Of a stretch of 64,000 nt of DNA, positions 55,040 to 64,000 are shown piece after piece. Source of the stretch: the human T2T-CHM13v2.0 reference genome, Homo sapiens. Both the position numbers and the translations under genes were made by a program. Below the pieces are notes generated by a model. It was given only the letters and a program-made list of their open reading frames with translations, did no database searches and was not told where the DNA came from. The stretch lies in NCBI RefSeq assembly GCF_009914755.1, contig NC_060926.1; one strand, written 5' to 3'. Numbering within the stretch: the stretch's first letter is position 1; every line of letters begins with the position of its first letter.

Positions 55040-56339
55040 TTAGATAAGGATAATAGTGTCTTTCACCCTCCTCTGTCTCCATAATGTTGTGACGCTATCA
55101 TGAAATAATGAATTTATAGAAAGTATAGGACAATCATCAAATGTAAAAATATTTATTTTCCCAACCCACCTTATTTCTTTTTAATGACTCTGGAACAAAG
55201 GCATTGGTCTGACCTATGATTATTTGCATATTGCTCTTCACAGATGAGTTGTAGAAAATGTTAAGTGAGAAACAAATGTGCTGAGGCTGTGAGAAGTGAG
55301 AAAGCTAAGGGAACAGCTTCATTGTACAGAATCATGCAGTCAGCAATCAGCAGTTTCCAAGGTGTGTTTCAAACAACACTTATTCCAGGTGATGGTAACA
55401 AGTACTGGGATGCGGAAGGGAGTTACCTATAGTTAAGTAAATCTGGGAAATACTGGGTTAAACAAATCTAAACCAATGTCTTTGTGGTAGGACTTCTCAG
55501 AGTCTTTAATAAGCTAATGTACACCATGAATCTCCAAGAGGGGGACCTCAGATGTAGGCAGGGTGCAGAATTTTCTAAAGTTATTGACTTTAGAAGCTTT
55601 TTCCATTAAATGTCTTGAGAAACAAGTGTTCCATAGAACACAGTTTAGACATGCACCATAGAAAACACTGTTTCAGGCCATCTTTCTTACCTACAGACAT
55701 TGAAAGTGAGATCCAGATAAATTAAACAACTTCCTCCAAATGACACCGTTGATAGAAGTCTGATTATTAGGCTAGGGATTTTTCCAAACAACCACACTAA
55801 TTCCATTCTTTTCCATACTCTCAGAAAACAGAGGCCTGAGGGTTCTGACTTGGTTTCCAAATGGTTTTCAACTATGAATACCAGAATCTCAAGAAAACTC
55901 AAAGTAAAATTGCGAAGAAAATAGATAAAAGTAGATTTCATTGTCTTTCCATTTAGATATTGAATGATCTCCTCCCTTCTCTGAAATTCTCAGTTCAAAC
56001 TATCCTTCAAGTCCCCTGCTTTCAATACCTAGTATCTGAGAAGAGCTTAAACAATGCTTGTTGAGCATTGATTCTGCCATATTTCTCCTGTCAGCAGGGA
56101 ATCACCTCTCTCCCCCACATTCCCATCACACATTATCTGCACTATTCAATGGTAATTTTCATAATCTTTCTTATAACTTTTATACACATTCTCTTTCCAG
56201 CACTAAATTATAAAATAATAGAAGAAAGAGTCTATGTCCTATTCAGTCTCATAAGCTGATTTTCAAAACTATGTCCCAGGGAAAGAGCTACCATAATCAT
56301 TTAAACTTTATTGTAAATTAATGAATCATTTCTCATGCT

Positions 56340-56740
56340 CTATCAGCCTGGACAAATTAGGTTTATGCTGCAGTAACAAACAGCCCCCAAATTTTTGTGA
56401 TTTAACCCAATAAAAGTTTCTCATACATGTTACATATCTCACAATGAGTCAGCAGAGGGCTCTGCTCCACACAGTCACTCAGGACCCAGGCTCATCATGG
56501 TGGCTTGACCAATGACCTCCTCAGTTGCTGCAGCTAGAGAAAAGAGTGCTAGAGATCTCACACTGGATGTATCATGCCTTGGCCGAGAAGCAACACAAGT
56601 CACTTCCGCTCACAGCCCATTGGTTAGAACTAGTTATGTGGTCCTTCCCAAATGTTGTGGGGCAGAGAAGTCTAATTATCTCAAGTGACCAGAAGGAAAG
56701 GAAAATTGGATGTGGGTGAACCACAGAAGTCTCTACCATG
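56340..56740 (-). mobile_element. Old MLT1 (K/L-like) LTR
   Basis: aggtttatgctgcagtaacaaacagccccc...tcacttccgctcacagcccattggttagaactagttatgtgg. Confidence 0.65.
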
Positions 56741-57624
56741 CAATGGGTTTGTAAAAATTAAGCTTTCTTTTTAATAGTGGTATGATAGGCATTGAGAACT
56801 TAACAGATGCTTGAAATAACTTTTTATTGATGAATGGATTGAAAGTTAGAGATATTTAAAGTAACAGAAAGCGTTAAATGAATAGAGCACAATATCAGAA
56901 TTCTAAACCAATTTTGTCCCTAATCTATGACACTGGCAAATTTGATCACCATGCTAGACCTTAGTTCTCTCACCTGTAAAAATTAGAGATTATTATATAA
57001 TTTCTAATGTACCTTCTAATCCAAATATTCTAGTATTCTATGGTGGGGTAGGGGCCATTCATCCCAAGAATTACTCTCTCTTTCTCCATAAGAGAGGTCC
57101 TGTCAACAAAGGACCCACCATACTCAGCAGAATTATGTTTTTAACACAAGCTGTGTGTTGTCCAAATAAATGGAGAAGCCACAGAGGAGAGAATAGCTTA
57201 GACAGAAAGGATCCAGAAATAGCCTTTCATTTCAAGCCAGAGTCAAGAAGGAGCCTTAAGCAGACTGGAGATGTCCACTTTTGTTTTGGGAAATACCAAA
57301 GTTGTCTCTTCGATCAAAGAAGATTTTAAAAGAAGCAAAAAAATTCTTTCATGTTCTCTGAGCTGCTCTTGGGCCTGAGCCCAAACACTGTTGTAACTGA
57401 GACATAGGGACATTTGGTAGTGTTATGTTCTTATTTGGCCCAGTGCAACTCTTTATTTATTAAAGCCTTGGGGCTGTTCAGGCCAGGGTTCAGTGTATTA
57501 GTTTATGTAGTTTGCCTCCCTAGACAGAAGAGAAATTTGAAAACCCCCAGCTTTAGGGTGACCCAGTTTGAGCTGAGATATTAACTCTGAAGCTTTTTCT
57601 TTCTCTTTTCTTCTTACGCTGTAA

Positions 57625-58039
<415 letters not shown>

Positions 58040-61000
58040 ATGAATTGTATTCTTGATGTAATTCGGCCCACCAATATTTCTTGAATACTAGTAATATGCA
58101 AACCATGTGCTATTGTGAACTGAGAAGACCCCAGTCCCTGTGTGCATAGGGCTAGGAAAGTCCTGGGGAGACAAACATGAAAACAAACCACTCCAGGAGT
58201 GTGGCAGGTGCAGGACTGGACGTACGTACAACAGGGTGGGGAGGTGTGGGTGCACATCACACTGCTTGAGGGGCTCACAGGGAGATTTCTGAGAAAGAGT
58301 CCTTAACCTGAGGCCTGAAAAATCAATAGAAGTTTACCAGAGGAAGGTTCTGGGGAAGGGTGTGGGAACAAGGGTGTCCCAGCCTTAGCCTAGGCCAAAG
58401 CACAATAAAATAAAATAACATTCCATGCTTACAGAACTTCAGATAATTTCAGTTGGTTGAGCGTGGAATGAATAAGAGGTGCAGAGGTGAGAAGGGAGCT
58501 AGATCATTGCGGACCTTGTTCTCTCAAAATAATTCAAGCAATAGTTTTTCTCAAGGGTGGTTGGAGATTGGATTTTGGAAGGACAAAGTGTCTCCTGAGG
58601 TCCTAAAGTGAATTTTAACTGTGTCAACCAGGTCTCAACAGGAAACAGCACATTTGCATTAGGATATTTCAAGGATGTGTTTATTTACAAAGGGACTATG
58701 AATAGAGGCATAGGAAAACCACAAGGGAAAGTGCAGAGGTTAGCGCCAGAGGCAGAGGAGGTACCACCACTCTGAAGGCTGAAGGGATGAGGGGAGGGAA
58801 TCATTATGGGAACTCAAAAGGGGAAAGTAGTATAGAAGAGAGTTGTGTAGGGGCACAGCCAGGGAGAGATCAGGAAAATAAATCCCCCAACCTCCATCCT
58901 CCTGTCCCTCCAATATTCTGCCAAATCTCTTGGTAGGTTCAACCCAACAAGAAACTGGAACCTATTGACATTGTCCCTAAAGAGCACTAGGACTGGAGAG
59001 ACAAATGGAAGATACCCAGCAATTTACTGCTGGCTCTGTTGACACTGTTGCTAGCGATGAGGGAGATATTTATGGTTAGGACTCTGTCCATCATGCTCAC
59101 AGCATTCTCCTCTTCTTCATGGTCTTTTACTTCACATCCCAGGCAATGTTGCCCTATCCTATCCTTCCAGGCAGCTGGAATGTACTCTATGGGATGTGAA
59201 ACACAAAATGCACCAGACAACTAAAGAGATTATTTTATTCAGGCTATTGCAATAGAGAGAACACTCATGAGTGAGGAACGCTAAAGAGCAAGTAGGGAGT
59301 TTGGGGTTTTATAGAGGTAGGTAAACAAGAAAATCATGAGGATGCGTGGAGGCAGGTCTTACCTATCGCATGTGGAGGAGGATGATTCTTTGTTGTTAAT
59401 CATTTCCCAGAATACAAAACAGTGGGGAGATTTCTTAACTGTCACTGTTTCCTGTGAGGACAGGGCTCAGATAAAGTTTAACATTCCCAGTTCCTCCTTC
59501 AGTTCAAAACAAGTGAATATTATTCCTCACTGAACAACTCAGAAGTGATCATAAGCCCTCTGGTGTGGCGCAAAGCAGGGTCTAAGAAACAGTTTCTCAG
59601 GGGCTCTTGTTGGCATTGTTCTTGTAAAATTAGTTGAACCATCTGTTGACAGGCGGTGGCAAAGATCAGTTCTTTTCAAGTCCTGGATATCAGGCATCTT
59701 ACATTTAAAAAGACAGATATTTAATGTAAAAGATTGCATTAAACTAAAGAGCTAGGAGTTGAAACCGGACAGTAAATAGTCTGACAGATGCCAGGAGGTC
59801 AGTGGAGGAAAATCTTTCGCTTACACAACACCATTCATTGGGTTTCTTGAAGTTAGGACGTCAATACTCTGGTGATATTGTCCACAGTCTTGGTTGCTTC
59901 CCATATAAGAGCATGCATGACCTGAGCATTTTGCTGGACTTCCTTCTTTAATGGCCCAAACAGCAGCCAGACAGCAGCGTGTCCAGGGAAAAGTTCAGCC
60001 CATGAATAATCTGTTGCAATGATGAATCCTTTGAGGTTTACATCAAGTTGTTGGACCTCAGCTCTCAGGGCTTCTTAGGATCCTAGAGAAAAGAGCCAGA
60101 GCAAGGCAACTTGGAGTTTCAATAGATAGGAATTTGAGTAATCAAGTTTTTGTTCTTCATGATACCAGCTCAGGTGGGAGGGATGAAAACTGGGAAACTT
60201 AGCATGGAGTGTTGTAGCTAGATATTGAAAGAAACTGGAAGAACTGAATATTTGGTGTGGACTGACAATTTGGGCAAGGTAACAGGATCCAGTCCAGTTG
60301 CGAGTAGGTACCACGAGAGTTTTTTTTTTTTTACACCTGATAGGGAGGGAACAAAGACAACTAAATATCTACCAGAAAGATAGATTGTGCATATCCATGA
60401 AGTATCTGCAATTTACATAAAGGTGCAAAATAGCTCAAAAGGAATGAAGAGGGCTAAAATCTGATAACTGGGAAAGATTTACTCTGGGAAATGACTTTCC
60501 ATTGATACACAGAATTTCTCTCTACAGTCACCGTTTTCTTGATCAAAAATATTCTCAAAGAAAGATTATCCTTCAACACAAAATAATAGTGGTCTCATTA
60601 CATTTAGCCTGATTATTTATATAAATGCAGCAAGAAGAGTATAATTTACCATATATAGGTCTTCTTAAGTTTGCCTTAATGAAAGTGTTCATAAGGAATC
60701 TCAGATTGGACTTTTAAAAGCCATTTAAGTTTAGGAAACCAAGAGCCAAGAACTTATCACCAGATCTCACCTGCAGTACCTATAGATTTCAGTGAATTCC
60801 ACACTTCTTCAGGTTCCCAAAATATCTTCACATTTCTGAACCTCCCAGGAAATAACTTGTCTTACTCAACTGAAATGCTAGGAATCCTACAAGCCAAATA
60901 GAGGACAGTTTTCCCAAGAGGGCTCTGTAAGCACTGGCTCCATAAAGTCAGCCTTTGTTCCTTAAAAGTGCTTGGTCATATCTAATTAAATAAGCATCAT

Positions 61001-61347
61001 TCTCAAATATGACATTCCAGGCAAAGACACAATTGCATAAGCAAGGTTTCCAATTATGTCCTGCTAACAACGAAGACCTCATTATTGAACCTATTCAAAT
61101 AGTTACAGTGCTGTGAAAAGAAAATACTTAATAGTTCCTGAATTCTGGAGAGATTAGAAAGGGAGGAAAAGATAAATGTTTCATTTCTGTTTATAAAAGC
61201 ATAATCAACTAAGTTGTTATGAGTTATAGACAGCTTAAGAGAAAAGACAGCTTAGAGGGTTCCTAAAATATAAATAATATAAATATAAATATAAATAACA
61301 TAAAAATTATAAATAATAAAAAATAAAGCATTAATATAGCAATAATA

Positions 61348-61651
<304 letters not shown>

Positions 61652-62242
61652 CTATTCACCAAGAACCTCAATCATCCCCCATCAGTTCATTCAGTACTAT
61701 GTGATTAATCCTTGCTCCTTTCAATGTTGGGTTAGCAATCTCATGAACCTATTAGTTTTTTAACTGAAATCCTGAAAATTCTGACTCAGTCCACTGATAA
61801 GGATATATGGCCTCTAAGTTGTTTAACCAAGGCCTTCAGAAGCCTGCACCCAACGTCCCTCACAACATTGTTTCCACAGGGCTCTGAGATTGTCCTTTGT
61901 TGAAGAAAAACCACTCAGACCTGTGGCTGATTGCAAGACCCCTCAGGGAGGCATCAGAGTAAAGCAAAACTTATCTGTAGATGACAAGATTTAAACTGGT
62001 TGTGTTTAATTTATTTAAAAAAACACCTGTGGTATCTACTTGCAAACTGGACTGGATCCTGTTACCTTGCCCAAATTGTCATTTTTTCAAAAATGAAAAA
62101 AGCCTGAGGAAAGTTTATTATAAGAATAATGTAACTGACGAGAAAGTTTGTTTGTTTCTATGGCGTGCAAAACAAAATAAAGCCAATCCAAAACACGTTT
62201 TAGATAAAATATCCGTAAACATAGTGATTAATCCTACTTTCA

Positions 62243-62680
<438 letters not shown>

Positions 62681-64000
62681 TCAAAAATATGTGGAAAAGA
62701 TCAAGTTCAGGAATTCAGTAAGTCTGGAGTAAGTCCTAAACATCTGTAAACTAATAAAACTCCATAGGCAAGTGATATGAATTCCAACTTGAAAACCACT
62801 GGTCTAAAAGATGCTAGATTCAAATTAAAGAAGTAAAGTTCTGACCAAGTTAACATTGATAAAAAGTAAATGAAATGATGACTGCTAACACCATACTGTT
62901 GCTGTCTAATATCAGGCAAAATAGTACCAGGACTCTGGGAAATAGAAATATATCGTGGACAGAGAGGGCATTGACAATTCTCTAGAAACTTCCCATATAG
63001 CCTATAATTTCAAAATATTTATAGTAACAACATTTAACTGATACAAATTTAACCTAGGAAAGGTTATGCTTCTTTTCTGATTTGCCAATGCTTTCCATGG
63101 ACTTCATCAATAGTAACATATCAAATAAACCTAATTATTTCTAGACCCTTCCTTTTTTACAAGGTAAAAGAGCAAATCTCTTGTGATTTTTTTAGGGGCC
63201 CTCTCAAAAATCTGAAAGACAGTCTTAGGTATAAAAAATATCATTTAGGATTCAATTTAGGAATGGCAAAATATCAAAAGCTGTCAGGAGATTTGAGCAT
63301 TGATCAAGATATGATCATGGATTACTGAGAACAATACTTGGCTATCAATTTCATCAAAGTGATGATAACAGCTTTAAGAAATAAATGTAGGAGGTAACAT
63401 GATGGTGAAGAACCTTAACTCAGCTCTTTCAAAAGTGAGAACACTTTGTTCTCTTAAATAATCAAGGACATGACAAAGTCAACAAAAGCACAGTACGTTT
63501 CACAGTACTCAGAATCTTTGTTATCTAGGCAGATTACACAGAAGGTAAGAATAATTGCTTTTATAATTTCTTATTAAGAGCAGACCAATAATAGAAGAAA
63601 ATTTTGTCATTTGAGCAAAATTCTCTCAAAATATAGTTTGAGAGAATCAAACTATAGTTTTGCATCAGTACAATCCCTGCTACTAAAGATCTTTTTGAAA
63701 ATCTTACAAATAAATCACAAACCACAGCCAGCTTTGACCACAGCAAACAAAATTCCATTTCTGCAAACTTTCTACAACTTTCTATATCCATTTGTGTTTT
63801 GTCCAAAACTTTCCTCTGTCTCATTTGGAACAACCAGTCATTTTACTTTAGAACAAAACTACTCTCTTTTTCACTTAACAAAAGCACATCCCCTTTAGTT
63901 CAACTTCTGAAAGTGGCAAAACAAACACACAACAACAACAAAAAACACGCTTATTAACAGACCAAAAGGTATAGCCTCTCCATGTCATACATGGGAACTT

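Overview
Repeat-dense great-ape (hominid-type) intergenic or intronic DNA with no supportable cellular protein-coding exon, RNA gene or CRISPR array. All long ORFs come from transposable elements. Contents: an old L1MC-type element (156-13170) carrying a full-length MST provirus, a near full-length L1PA4-like element and an AluJ. A second full-length L1PA (21774-29320) is split by a complete SVA. There are also many Alus, MaLR and ERV1 LTRs, hAT and Tigger elements, MIR/L2 relics, and a MER4-group ERV running off the right edge. Main observation 1: the two L1PA copies inserted independently 17.5 kb apart, yet share many private mutations, several of them inactivating (EN Y115D, H230 frameshift, zinc-knuckle C to W). 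The shared changes lean A/T to G/C, suggesting GC-biased ectopic gene conversion. Main observation 2: a ~200-bp inverted templated duplication built an AT-rich palindrome that was later hit by two L1s. Main observation 3: several small hairpin-forming template-switch scars occur across the window. Subfamily names and consensus comparisons are from memory and need Dfam/RepeatMasker confirmation.
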